Source: a virus (Duplodnaviria; Caudoviricetes). From it: a DNA stretch of 45,228 nucleotides. Position 1 is the first letter of the stretch; each line of letters opens with the position of its first letter. This document shows positions 26,167 through 35,704 of this stretch, piece by piece. The notes beneath the pieces were generated by a model that ran no database searches, was not told the DNA's origin, and was given only the letters and a program-made list of their open reading frames with translations. The stretch lies in IMG/VR virus record IMGVR_UViG_3300043473_000123, positions 1 through 45,228 of that record; one strand, 5' to 3'. Position numbers and translations under genes: made by a program.

Positions 26167-26660
26167 TGCACGAGCCGGAACCGGAAGGGGACATCCGGGC
26201 GCAACTCCGGGCGATGCTCGACCCCGACCACCCGAAGCGCGCGGTTTTTGTTGTGCCGCAGGACCGCGAGCGGGTCGCCCGCCCCGGCCCGAAGGTGTTT
26301 GCCGAGACCCGGCCCGAAGGCACGCTGTTCACCAGATCGGACCAACTCGCCACGAGCTTTCTGTGCGCTCCCTCGGACGAAGCTGGGTTCGATCGGATGA
26401 TGGCCAAGATCCTCGGATTGCCGCAGGACAAGCAGTCGGTGTTCCGCGCCTGCGATGGCCGCCCGATGGCCCGGGCCAAGATCGTTCAGGCCACCGACGC
26501 GGATGGTTGGGTCGTCACCGAAGCTGCCGCCGGGCCGGATCAATTGAAAGAGACCAGCGAAGCCCTGCAAAAACATGTGCCGCCAGGCGGCAGCTTGCGG
26601 GTCATGACCCCGATCGAGGCGCTGGGGCGGCGGATGTTGTTACGAGAGGCGGGTAACTAA
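26166..26660 (+). CDS. Hypothetical protein
   Basis: Coupled ORF in the virion operon. Confidence 0.55.
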   Translation: MHEPEPEGDIRAQLRAMLDPDHPKRAVFVVPQDRERVARPGPKVFAETRPEGTLFTRSDQLATSFLCAPSDEAGFDRMMAKILGLPQDKQSVFRACDGRPMARAKIVQATDADGWVVTEAAAGPDQLKETSEALQKHVPPGGSLRVMTPIEALGRRMLLREAGN

Positions 26661-26662
26661 AG

Positions 26663-27607
26663 ATGGGCGACATCTCGACGTGGAACCCGGTGGACGAGAG
26701 CAACACGATGGCTCCGCCCAACGGATGGCCAGAAAACCAAGCAACTAACACCGTAAACAACTGCGCCCGGGCGATGATGGGCGGGGTGCGGCGATGGTAT
26801 GATACCGTCACCGCGCAGATTGCCTCGATCAACACCTCTCTCGGCACGTTCATGCCGATTACCGGCGGCCTCTTTACCGGCGGAGTCACGGGGCCGGGGT
26901 TTCACAGCAACGGCACGCTGTCGGCCAGCACGAACATCGCCGCCAACGGCAACATCACCGCCGGCGGCAACATCACTGCCAGCGGCACCATCTCCGGGAC
27001 CGGCGGTATCGGCGGCGACACGATCACCGGCAATCACCTGCAATCAAACGGCAATATCGACGCAGCCGGAGACATCAGTTGCAACGATCTCACCGCCACC
27101 GGCAATCTGAGCGCGGCATCGATCGGCTCGACCGGCGCCATTACCGCCGCCGGCGCGGTCTATGGCGGCTTTCTCAGCTCCTCCGGGGCGGCGTCGGTCG
27201 CTACTAATCTCGACGTTGGCGGCAACGGCAGCATTCACGGCGCGCTCGGGGTAGACGGCAACATTGCCTGCGGCTCGTCACTGACCGTCGCCGGCAACAT
27301 CTCCAGCGGCGACATCAACGCTGCCGGCGTCGTCTCGACGCCGTATCTCAAGAGCAACGCCGCTCATCTGGCCGGCACCTTGTTGACTTGGGGCGGCGGC
27401 AATCACGTCAATTTCCGCTGGAACGGCACCTCTCTCGCGTACCGCATCGACGAGGCTACCGAAATACCGGTCACGACCGCCGAGGGCGACATCGTCGAGC
27501 ACACGATCGCCACCACGGAGGTGGTCGAGGAATTACGGCAGATGTTGAGCGAGGTCGAGGCCAGGCTCGCCGCCCTGGAGGGCAGCAGGAGATTAGAGCC
27601 GGCATGA
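26663..27607 (+). CDS. Tail fibre/needle-like protein
   Basis: N-terminal W..N..PPNGWPE...VNN.ARAMM attachment-like domain; G-N-I-T-A beta repeats; C-terminal coiled coil. Confidence 0.7.
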   Translation: MGDISTWNPVDESNTMAPPNGWPENQATNTVNNCARAMMGGVRRWYDTVTAQIASINTSLGTFMPITGGLFTGGVTGPGFHSNGTLSASTNIAANGNITAGGNITASGTISGTGGIGGDTITGNHLQSNGNIDAAGDISCNDLTATGNLSAASIGSTGAITAAGAVYGGFLSSSGAASVATNLDVGGNGSIHGALGVDGNIACGSSLTVAGNISSGDINAAGVVSTPYLKSNAAHLAGTLLTWGGGNHVNFRWNGTSLAYRIDEATEIPVTTAEGDIVEHTIATTEVVEELRQMLSEVEARLAALEGSRRLEPA

Positions 27608-27780
27608 GCGATGGCGGCGACATCAGCGCCCGCGAAGTGCGGATCAGGCAGCGGGCCTACCAATTATGGGAACAAGCCGGCAGGCCCGGTAACGACCACG
27701 AACGGTTCTGGCGTCTGGCGGAACTGGAGATAGACGGGGAAATCGAGCCGGACAACGATCGCACCATCCCAAGGAGATGA
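27604..27780 (+). CDS. DUF2934-family protein
   Basis: RIRQRAYQLWEQAGRP...FWRLAELEI. Confidence 0.8.
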   Translation: MSDGGDISAREVRIRQRAYQLWEQAGRPGNDHERFWRLAELEIDGEIEPDNDRTIPRR

Positions 27781-28310
27781 CCATGTCGGACTACGCAACG
27801 CTACGAGAACTCTATTACGAAGCCCTGCAGATGATCCCGCCGGAAGGCGGGGCTCGCAGCGGTGCCGATGGCAAGATGTCTGAGGCTCTGAGGCGCGACT
27901 TGGAGATGTATAGCAACCGCAACCCCGAGCCCAAGGTTGAGCCCGCCCTGCAACACGCGCGCACGCAGGCCGAGTGGCACAAGGCGCAACAGAACCTAGT
28001 GATCTCGGAAACCCCGCCAGAGCAGCTCGCGCTGGCGCAGGGCGTCTCGGAGGGGGTCGAGGCGTCAAAGCAGCAGGGCGAACAGATGGCGGAGGCGCGG
28101 CAGAAAGAGGCTGCCGACCGGGTCGCGAGCGCCAAGCGCGAATTGGAGGAGATGCGGCAGGGCTCGGGCTCGGCACCACAACCGGATTCCGCCCCCGGTG
28201 TGCCGGCGCCGGTGCAAGGCCAGACCCAGGTAACGCATCCGCCGACGCAGGCCGAACTGCAGGCCAGCCAGCCCAAGGCCGAGCCGAAAAAAGAGAACGG
28301 CAAAAAGTAA
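27777..28310 (+). CDS. Hypothetical hydrophilic protein
   Basis: ORF with AGGAG RBS. Confidence 0.6.
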   Translation: MTMSDYATLRELYYEALQMIPPEGGARSGADGKMSEALRRDLEMYSNRNPEPKVEPALQHARTQAEWHKAQQNLVISETPPEQLALAQGVSEGVEASKQQGEQMAEARQKEAADRVASAKRELEEMRQGSGSAPQPDSAPGVPAPVQGQTQVTHPPTQAELQASQPKAEPKKENGKK

Positions 28311-28322
28311 GGAGACTTACCT

Positions 28323-30968
28323 ATGGCGCTGTCTGACCTGTTCGGGCTGCTCGGTGGCGGCAATTCCGATCCGCTCGACATCTACGGCGATCTGTTCACC
28401 AAGGAGCAGAAAGCCGCCTTGCAGCAGCGCTCGGCTAATGAGGGGCTCCTGCGCATGGCAGGAGCCTTCGGGGCAGCGGCGCAGCCGTCCCGAATGCCAA
28501 CTAGCTTTATGGGGGTCTTGGGGCAAGCCGCCGGGGCGATGGCCGGGCATGGCGACGAGACGGCCAATACTGCGCTGAAGGGCATGGAGGTGGCCGAAAA
28601 GGTGCGGCAATCCCGGCAGGAACGAGCGATCCTGGCCAAAGCCGCGCCGCTGGTAGAAGCCATTACCAGAAAGCTAATCGGAGCCGGTGTTCCAGCAGCG
28701 CAAGCTAGCGAGATCGCCACACAGGTTGCCGGCAGCACAGCGGCTCCACCCGGCCAGACGCCAGCGCCTACAGGTGCTCCTCAGCCTGCGAGTGCTCCGT
28801 ATCTTGGCCCGACTAATGAGGAATTAGGTGCGCCGCCGACTCAGCTTGGTAATAACTTGCCACCACCGCCGGCGGCTCCTGCTGCGCCGGGTGGCGCCCG
28901 CCCCGGTGGGTTGCCGGCCCGCATCGGCATGAGTGGCACTGGCCCCAATGCCGTGATGATCGATCTGGACACCGGGCAGCCGATCCAGTCCTCCCCCGGC
29001 GGGCCAATCACGATGCCGCCAGGAGCGCCGCCTCCCGCCGGGCAGCAAAACACCGGCCTCCTGCCAAAGCCGTTGGATCAGGTGGTAGGCGCGGACGGTC
29101 AGCCATTGCAAGGCCCTGGCATCTTGCCAACCATGAACGCGAGTTACGGGGGTGCGCCGGGCGGCATGCCCCCTTTCCGTCTGGCAACGCCCTCCCCTAC
29201 CGAAAGCGCAACCCCTGGAGCGGATGGGCTTGATGTCGTGCTCCCATCGGGCCCCCGCCTGCAGCGCAGCGACCTGACGAATGTCGCTGCGCCTGCTGGG
29301 GCTTTTGACCAAGCCGTCAATTATCTCCAGAAAGAGCTTGGCTTGCAGCCACATCAAGCCAGAGGGGCCGTCAAGTGGATGCAGAACGTCGAAAGCGGTC
29401 TGGACCCTAATATCGTAAATTCCACGAGCGGCGCTTACGGGATTGGACAGCATCTCGGGTCGCGCAAAACTTCATTGATGCAGAAATACGGGCCAAACCC
29501 TTCGTTTGAGCAGCAGTTGTCTCATATCAAGGACGAGCTGCAAGGCCCGGAGAAGGCGGCGTTAAATTCGCTGCGGAACACCAGTACCGAGAATGAGGCA
29601 TTTCGTACCTGGGGCCGTGATTTCGAGCGGCCGAGCCCGGCCGAGTATGCCAAGGCCACAGGCCAGGATTATGTGATCCCCTCCGGCCGAGGCATCCCGC
29701 GCAGCGCCCTGACCGATGTCGCCGATACCGGTGCGGCGACGGGCAGTGGGGTGATCCCTGGTCTCGGCATCACGCCGGAAGCACTGGCGGGTTTGAATGC
29801 CATGCTCAAAATGGGCGGGTTGAAAAGCGACCCGTTCGGCAGCCTGTTGGAGACTTACTACAAATCGCCGGGGTATCTGGGAGAGAAGACCAGGACGGAA
29901 GAGGTTGCCAGAAAAAAGGCTGGCCTGGAATACGATCCTTTAATTGCAGCACAGACGGAAATTGCTAAGTCAAAAGTAGAGCTTGAGTACAAACCGAAAA
30001 TAGAAGAAGCGGTGCAGAGACTACAAAGCCCGATCCTGAAAGAGCGCGCGCAAGCCCAGGCCGATATCGATCGTTATTCAGAGGAACTGAAGCAAAATAG
30101 GCAGGCCGCCCTTACACCAACAACTGCAACGGTAACGTTTCCTGGCGAAAACATGCCGCGCGAGATACCGATCACTGCGGCGCAGTTACCGGCGTTGGCA
30201 ACCGGCAGGGGCATCCCCGAGCTTGGCATCCCGCCTGGGGCGCGACTTGGGAAGCCGGTGCCGAGTGAGGAGGATAAAGCGGGGATCCAGGCTAGAGGCG
30301 CGGCGCAGACCGAAATGTACAAAGCCGGGCAGAAGGCATTGGACACCGCACACGATGCAGTGCGCGGTGCCAATCAGCGTGCCCCGTACTACGGCAGCAT
30401 GTTGACCGCCATGGAGGGCTTTAAGCCAGGGGCCACGGCGGACATGAAACTCACCGGCATGCAGTATCTGAGAGATCTGGGCGTCATCAAAGGCGACAGC
30501 GTCCCGCAGGGCGAGGCGTTGAGACTGGCGGGTGAGCGGCTGGCGTTCTTGGCGGTGCCGCCAAATCAGGGCAGTTGGTCGAATGTCGAGCGGCAATTGC
30601 TGAAAAGCTCGATCGGCGGGATGTCGATGACGCCGGAAGGATTAACCGACGCGATCAGGATGATGCAGCAGCTTGACGATTACGACCGCAAAGTGTCGGA
30701 AATTCATCGTCAGGTGGCAGACAAAAACCAGGGATTGCCAAATCTCCTGGAGGCGCAGCGACGGGTCGAGGCGTTAGGCCCGCCGCTTACGGCGCAACAG
30801 GAGGCGGCGTTAGAGAGGCTGCGGCAACCCGCCGCCGCCGCACCGGCACCACCGCCGGCTGGGGGCGCCCCCGCGCCATCAGGGGCCATTCAGACACCCT
30901 ACGGCACCGTCAGGCCAATCAGCCCGACCGCACCCGGGACCATCATTCCGATCCCGCCGAGACCTTAA
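28323..30968 (+). CDS. Ejection protein with phage tail-lysozyme (Phage_lysozyme2-like) domain
   Basis: ESGLDP..SGAYGIGQHLGSRK...QQLSHIKDELQG.E...FERP. Confidence 0.75.
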   Translation: MALSDLFGLLGGGNSDPLDIYGDLFTKEQKAALQQRSANEGLLRMAGAFGAAAQPSRMPTSFMGVLGQAAGAMAGHGDETANTALKGMEVAEKVRQSRQERAILAKAAPLVEAITRKLIGAGVPAAQASEIATQVAGSTAAPPGQTPAPTGAPQPASAPYLGPTNEELGAPPTQLGNNLPPPPAAPAAPGGARPGGLPARIGMSGTGPNAVMIDLDTGQPIQSSPGGPITMPPGAPPPAGQQNTGLLPKPLDQVVGADGQPLQGPGILPTMNASYGGAPGGMPPFRLATPSPTESATPGADGLDVVLPSGPRLQRSDLTNVAAPAGAFDQAVNYLQKELGLQPHQARGAVKWMQNVESGLDPNIVNSTSGAYGIGQHLGSRKTSLMQKYGPNPSFEQQLSHIKDELQGPEKAALNSLRNTSTENEAFRTWGRDFERPSPAEYAKATGQDYVIPSGRGIPRSALTDVADTGAATGSGVIPGLGITPEALAGLNAMLKMGGLKSDPFGSLLETYYKSPGYLGEKTRTEEVARKKAGLEYDPLIAAQTEIAKSKVELEYKPKIEEAVQRLQSPILKERAQAQADIDRYSEELKQNRQAALTPTTATVTFPGENMPREIPITAAQLPALATGRGIPELGIPPGARLGKPVPSEEDKAGIQARGAAQTEMYKAGQKALDTAHDAVRGANQRAPYYGSMLTAMEGFKPGATADMKLTGMQYLRDLGVIKGDSVPQGEALRLAGERLAFLAVPPNQGSWSNVERQLLKSSIGGMSMTPEGLTDAIRMMQQLDDYDRKVSEIHRQVADKNQGLPNLLEAQRRVEALGPPLTAQQEAALERLRQPAAAAPAPPPAGGAPAPSGAIQTPYGTVRPISPTAPGTIIPIPPRP

Positions 30969-33173
30969 ATGCCACAATTTGAGCTAGAGACCCGCGACGG
31001 CCAGAAATATCAGGTCGAAGCGGCCGATGTAGAGGCAGCGACTAAAGCCCTGCAATACATCGCCAACCCGCCGCCGCCCGGCGTAATGATCCACGAGCCG
31101 AACCGCAGTTACATCACCGGCGCGCCGGATGCGCCATCGGTCGACACGACCGGCATGGCGCCGGGGATGGGTATGGGTGCCGCCCCCGGCACCAACGCGG
31201 CTCTACCAAACCGCAACCAGGCCGCTGCGGCATTGGCCGCCCGGCGCGATAACCCGATCGCCGACCGGACACTGTTGCCGGCGCTGCAGGGCGGCACGCT
31301 GGGCTATGGCGATGAGTTCGCCTCGCTCGGGGCTGCCTCGCTAGCCGCGCTGCGTGGCCGTCCGTTTGGCGAGACCTACGACCTGGCGCAAGAGGCGCAG
31401 CGGCAGGATCTGGCGCAGGTCCGCCAGGAATATCCAAAAAGCTCGACGGCACTGCAGATCGGCGGCGCGCTGGCTACGGCGCCGCTGGCCGGCGCTCTCG
31501 GGCTTGGCCGATTGGCGGCCGGTGGTGCCCCGCTGGGGGCACGCATCGCCGGCGGTGCCGGTATCGGTGCCGGTTACGGTGCGGTTAGCGGATTTGGTGA
31601 AGGCAGTGGCTTGGAAGACCGGCTTGCCAAAACGGTTCCGGGAGTGGCCACGGGTTTTGTCGTTGGCGGCGCTATCCCGTTGGCCGGCTCGGCGGCACAA
31701 AACCTTACCCGGCGCGGCCTCGACTATCTCAATATCGACCGCAATCTTGGAAATCTCGGAGTGGGTCGGCCGGCCGGCAACACGGTGTTGCGGACCCTGG
31801 AGGCCGACGATGCCTTTACCGGCGCCGGGCGCGCTAGCATTTTGTCGGCCGGGCCGGAAGGCATGCTGGCGGATGCCGGGCCAGCAACCCGAGGCCTCTT
31901 AGATACCGTGATCCAGCGCGGCGGCGGCGGTTCCAGGGCCGCCAGGGAAGCGGTCGAGCAGCGTGGTACGGCCGCCAACCAAACCCTGAACGATGCGCTC
32001 GATGCCGCTCTCGGGCTGCCGCAAGGCGTGCAAACCACGATTCAGGGGATCAACCGTGCCGGGCAAGCCGGCCGGCGAACGGCTTATGACGCGGCTTACA
32101 ATACGCCGATCGACTATTCCGCCCCGGCGGCGCGTGACTTGCAGGATCTGCTGCACCGGGTGCCAGGCGATGTGATCAATACCGCCAACCGACTAATGCA
32201 ATTGGGCGGGCACCAATCGCGCCAGATCCAGGCAACGATCGACAATGCCGGCAATGTGACCTACACCCGCCTGCCGGACGTGCGGCAGATTGATTACATC
32301 ACTCGCGCCATGCGGCAGCTCGCTGAAAGTGGGGAGACCACCGGCGCTCTTGGACGCGCCACCCCGCTCAGCCAGGCCTACAACAACCTAGCCGGCGATG
32401 TGCGGCGCACCACCCGCGATCTGGTGCCGCAATACGGCACTGCGCTGGATACCGCGGCCGACGATATCGGCCGCGTCCAGGCGACCCGTCTCGGCGCCGA
32501 TATCCTGTCGCCGGCGATGACCAGGGACGAGGTGGCGCAGGCATTGGCACGTCACACACCCTCTGCCGCAGAGATGCAGGCGGTGCGGTCGGGCGTCAGG
32601 TCGCATATCGACGACCTGATGGCAAAGACCCGGGCGATTGCCACCGACCCCAATCAGGACGCGCGCGAGGCTGCCGCAGCCTTGCGCTCGCTCAATTCGC
32701 GCGAGGGACGCGACAAGCTCGACATGATCATTACCGATCCCGTAATGCGGCAACAGGTGGCAAACCAACTCGACGAAGCCACCCGCGCAATCACCTTGCG
32801 AGCAGATATGACGGCCAACAGCAAGACCTTTGCTCGTACCGCGCAGAGCCAAGCGACAAAAGAGATGTTGGAGCCGGGACCGCTCGGCGCTGCAGCCCGG
32901 GGGCATCCGGTCAATGCGGTACAACGAGCCGTTCAGGCACTAACCGGCCGCACGCCGGCTTACGATGTCGGGCGAGAAGATGCGATGAACCGGCAGATTG
33001 CCGAGCTTCTCACCGTGGCGCGCGGGCCGCAGGCGCAGGCCCAGCTCGACGCTCTGCGGCGGGCCTATACGGCGGGCCCGCAGAACGCTGCCAGAGCCCA
33101 ACAGACCGGGCAGGTTACCGGCTTGGCCGGGCTGCCGGTGTATCAGGCCTTGAGGGGGTTGCTAGGGTATTAG
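30969..33173 (+). CDS. Large ejection/DNA-transfer protein
   Basis: QGGTLGYGDE, GAGYGAVSGFGEG, NSKTFAR; last gene of the virion operon. Confidence 0.7.
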   Translation: MPQFELETRDGQKYQVEAADVEAATKALQYIANPPPPGVMIHEPNRSYITGAPDAPSVDTTGMAPGMGMGAAPGTNAALPNRNQAAAALAARRDNPIADRTLLPALQGGTLGYGDEFASLGAASLAALRGRPFGETYDLAQEAQRQDLAQVRQEYPKSSTALQIGGALATAPLAGALGLGRLAAGGAPLGARIAGGAGIGAGYGAVSGFGEGSGLEDRLAKTVPGVATGFVVGGAIPLAGSAAQNLTRRGLDYLNIDRNLGNLGVGRPAGNTVLRTLEADDAFTGAGRASILSAGPEGMLADAGPATRGLLDTVIQRGGGGSRAAREAVEQRGTAANQTLNDALDAALGLPQGVQTTIQGINRAGQAGRRTAYDAAYNTPIDYSAPAARDLQDLLHRVPGDVINTANRLMQLGGHQSRQIQATIDNAGNVTYTRLPDVRQIDYITRAMRQLAESGETTGALGRATPLSQAYNNLAGDVRRTTRDLVPQYGTALDTAADDIGRVQATRLGADILSPAMTRDEVAQALARHTPSAAEMQAVRSGVRSHIDDLMAKTRAIATDPNQDAREAAAALRSLNSREGRDKLDMIITDPVMRQQVANQLDEATRAITLRADMTANSKTFARTAQSQATKEMLEPGPLGAAARGHPVNAVQRAVQALTGRTPAYDVGREDAMNRQIAELLTVARGPQAQAQLDALRRAYTAGPQNAARAQQTGQVTGLAGLPVYQALRGLLGY

Positions 33174-33307
33174 CTTAATAGCCCATCTTTTTCAAGTTCC
33201 CGCAACACCAAAAAAGCGGGGAAACCAACGATCAGAACCAGCCAATAATAGCCGGCCAGGAGCATCAGGAACAAAACCGTCAGCACTATGCTTGCAGCCC
33301 ACATCAT
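33170..33307 (-). CDS. 45-aa membrane peptide, candidate superinfection-exclusion protein
   Basis: Manual translation MMWAASIVLTVLFLMLLAGYYWLVLIVGFPAFLVLRELEKDGLLS; convergent with the ejection gene. Confidence 0.5.
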   Translation of the reverse strand: MMWAASIVLTVLFLMLLAGYYWLVLIVGFPAFLVLRELEKDGLLS

Positions 33308-33340
33308 GCTATAATCCTTCTGTCTAAAGCGCCTTCAGGG

Positions 33341-33376
33341 AAAGCCCGGCGGGAATGCACCCCTGCCGGGCTTTTT
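33341..33376. terminator. Likely bidirectional intrinsic terminator
   Basis: aaagcccggc-gggaatgcacccct-gccgggcttttt. Confidence 0.75.
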
Positions 33377-33381
33377 GTCGT

Positions 33382-33582
33382 TTAGGCTCTGCGACGCCAC
33401 GATAATCCGGCAACATTCATCCAGGGCGGCATGTCGCAGAGGCGGATGCGCTGTGGCCCCGGCCAAGGAAACGCGTCAAAGCGGTGGACCTCAATCCACT
33501 CGTCGCGCGGGACTACGCAATATGGCGGGTCCCAGCAGAAATCTCGCCACGGGACCGGCTGTACGTCAGGGACGGTCTTCAT
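33382..33582 (-). CDS. Hypothetical protein
   Basis: Trp/Pro-rich ORF in the leftward operon. Confidence 0.45.
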   Translation of the reverse strand: MKTVPDVQPVPWRDFCWDPPYCVVPRDEWIEVHRFDAFPWPGPQRIRLCDMPPWMNVAGLSWRRRA

Positions 33583-33740
33583 TGCGTCGGCCAGAGCTTG
33601 ACGAGCATCGCAAACCAGTCGTCGGTCATGGCCCCCAATCGCGTTCGTTATCCCATGGGGGCCATATCTTCCACAGCCCTACACCGACGATACCGGCAAG
33701 CGCCAACAGCAGCCAACCCCACCACGGCAATCCCTTTACG

Positions 33741-34514
33741 TCACGCTGCTTCTAGTCCGCCGCTATTGCGCCGGTGCCGGCGATGGAGCAATGCCCCCAG
33801 GCCAAAGAGCCCGCCGCCGAGGATCAGGAGCGAGCTGGGTTCCGGCACCTCGTTGACCGCCACCATCGTCTGGCTGCGACCCGTCAGTTGCGACGGGACA
33901 GCGAGACTGCCGGCGGCAATTGTGCCGGTGGTGAACAGCGTCATGCTGTAGGCGTTGGCGTCGGCAAATGGCACCAGACCCGAGTTGTAGTTGATCGAGT
34001 CGGCGGGACCGACGGCGTTTAAGACGCCGCTATTGGCGAGCTGCGTGCCCGGCGTGTCGGTCGGGCTCTCGCCACCCTGGCCGTTGGCGGTGTCGGCGTA
34101 GAACTGCAAGGTGATCGCGGAACCACCGGCATTGGTCCAGGTGCCGCTGCCGCTATTCGAGATGGAGGTGACCGGGCCGACGAAGTCGGTGCCTCCCACC
34201 GCGATGGTTACGTCGACCGCAGGACCGGTGTTCTCGATTTGGAAACTGGTCGTCGTCAACGTGTTGTTGGTGCCCGTTGTCTGGGTCTGCGCCGATCCCA
34301 GAAAGGTGACGGTGCCGCCGCCGTTCGGCACCACTACCGGCACGACCGTGGTGATCGTGCCGATTGCGAGGTTGCTGTCGCATGCAGTCTGATCGACGCA
34401 CTGGATCAGAGTGCCGCCGATATCGGCCGAGAACTGCAATACAGCGTGGGCCGGCATGGCCAGCGCCGCCCCGCCCAACAGCGCGAGCCCGAATACAGGT
34501 GCGGTGTGTTTCAT
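33741..34514 (-). CDS. PEP-CTERM sorting-domain surface protein
   Basis: Signal MKHTAPVFGLALLGGAALAMPAHA|; Thr/Gly/Ser-rich body; VPEPSSLLILGGGLFGLGALL-HRRHRR. Confidence 0.92.
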   Translation of the reverse strand: MKHTAPVFGLALLGGAALAMPAHAVLQFSADIGGTLIQCVDQTACDSNLAIGTITTVVPVVVPNGGGTVTFLGSAQTQTTGTNNTLTTTSFQIENTGPAVDVTIAVGGTDFVGPVTSISNSGSGTWTNAGGSAITLQFYADTANGQGGESPTDTPGTQLANSGVLNAVGPADSINYNSGLVPFADANAYSMTLFTTGTIAAGSLAVPSQLTGRSQTMVAVNEVPEPSSLLILGGGLFGLGALLHRRHRRNSGGLEAA

Positions 34515-34555
34515 CTGTCTATGGTCCAATGTTAAGGCCCTACGGGCCTTAAAGA

Positions 34556-34572
34556 TGCAAGTCAGCGGCCAG
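34556..34572 (-). promoter_or_regulatory. Sigma-54 promoter of the PEP-CTERM gene
   Basis: CTGGCCGCTGACTTGCA = GG-N10-GC (-24/-12). Confidence 0.7.
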
Positions 34573-34620
34573 CTTACCCTTTGAACAAGATCAATGCCTT
34601 GGCCTTTTGTGCGGCGCGAA

Positions 34621-34663
34621 AAGTGTAAGGCTGGTCGACAGGGTGTAAACCTTTTACCTTACA
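34621..34663. promoter_or_regulatory. Enhancer-like site(s) TGT-N11-ACA upstream of the sigma-54 promoter
   Basis: aagTGTaaggctggtcgACA followed by gTGTAAAccttTTAC. Confidence 0.5.
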
Positions 34664-34857
34664 GGTTTGGCCCGCACCCGCTTCAGTGAGACGACGATCG
34701 CCTCCATCAGGGCAATCTCGCGTTCCGACACACTCACCTTCATCTTGCCTTTCAGCACCAGGCGCGGGTAGACGCGCCGCCGCATCTCGACCTCGCGCTC
34801 GGCACATTTGATCAATTCGTCGATCGTCGGCGCGAAGGCGTCGAGGAACGATGTCAC
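34654..34857 (-). CDS. Phage hypothetical protein
   Basis: IKCAEREVEMRRRVYPRLV..GKM...EIALMEAI. Confidence 0.65.
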   Translation of the reverse strand: MTSFLDAFAPTIDELIKCAEREVEMRRRVYPRLVLKGKMKVSVSEREIALMEAIVVSLKRVRAKPVR

Positions 34858-35108
34858 CCAGACACCCTCACGATGTTGCGCATGACGTACCCCAGCGGCT
34901 CCAATTGCCGCAGCATCGCCAAGGCACCATCCAGCTCAGCGCAGCGCACATCGAGCGGCGCCCCCGAGGAGTGCCGGGTGGTCATCCAGTACAGTACCGG
35001 TGAAGTAGGCGGAGCGCTGTCGGTGACGCGCATGACGCCCTCTTCCAGGGTGGCCGTCTGGCCGGTCGATAGCGTGATCGGGTTGTCGGTCATTGCGGCC
35101 TCCATCAT
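34854..35108 (-). CDS. Hypothetical protein
   Basis: Coupled ORF in the leftward operon. Confidence 0.5.
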   Translation of the reverse strand: MMEAAMTDNPITLSTGQTATLEEGVMRVTDSAPPTSPVLYWMTTRHSSGAPLDVRCAELDGALAMLRQLEPLGYVMRNIVRVSG

Positions 35109-35403
35109 ATCGCCAGCGCCAGGCTGAGCCCGACCAGCAGCAGGCCGAGCAGGAATGCTTCGAGGCGCGAGGTCATCGCCGCCGCCACTCTGCGCGACTC
35201 AACATGCTACCCAACATCGCAACATCGTTCGGACTTGCCCGCCTACGTTCGCATGGGTCAGCCGCACTGCACAAACCTTTGAATACCATGGGGTTGCGGT
35301 CAACTGCGAACCGCTGCGGGCGCGGTTGATAAGGAGACAGCCTCCGCCAACCTTCCTTATATTACAATTGGTTAGAGAACTCATTCCCCGCCTATCCAAC
35401 TCT

Positions 35404-35622
35404 CTACCCCACGTCAACACGCGGCTCGGCGCGGCTTTCTGCGGTCTCTTGCGAACGGTCAAGCAGGTCATTGTAGGAGCTGATGACGATCAGCCGCCGC
35501 CCACAAATCCGCACCGAGCGCAGGTCTCCCGCCTTGATAAGCTCGTAGATGCTCGTCTTACCGAGGCCGGATATGCGCTTGAACTGCGCGACCGTCGCGG
35601 TCAGCGGCGCGTCGGGCTTCAT
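35404..35622 (-). CDS. Excisionase/HTH_17-like DNA-binding protein
   Basis: TVAQFKRISGLGKTSIYELIKAGDLRSVRICGRRLI. Confidence 0.8.
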   Translation of the reverse strand: MKPDAPLTATVAQFKRISGLGKTSIYELIKAGDLRSVRICGRRLIVISSYNDLLDRSQETAESRAEPRVDVG

Positions 35623-35704
35623 GGCCCCACCAAAATCCACATCCACGCGACCAGCACCAGCGCGCACAGCGTCGCCAGCGGCAGCCATAGCAGGTCGGTA
35701 GCCA

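Noticed and set aside
26930-27330. ggcaacatc-type repeats as a DNA repeat element
   Set aside because: They reflect G-N-I-T-A beta repeats of the fibre protein
35330-35350. tRNA gene
   Set aside because: Only a CCTCCGCCA end-like motif is present, with no cloverleaf; kept only as a weak att candidate
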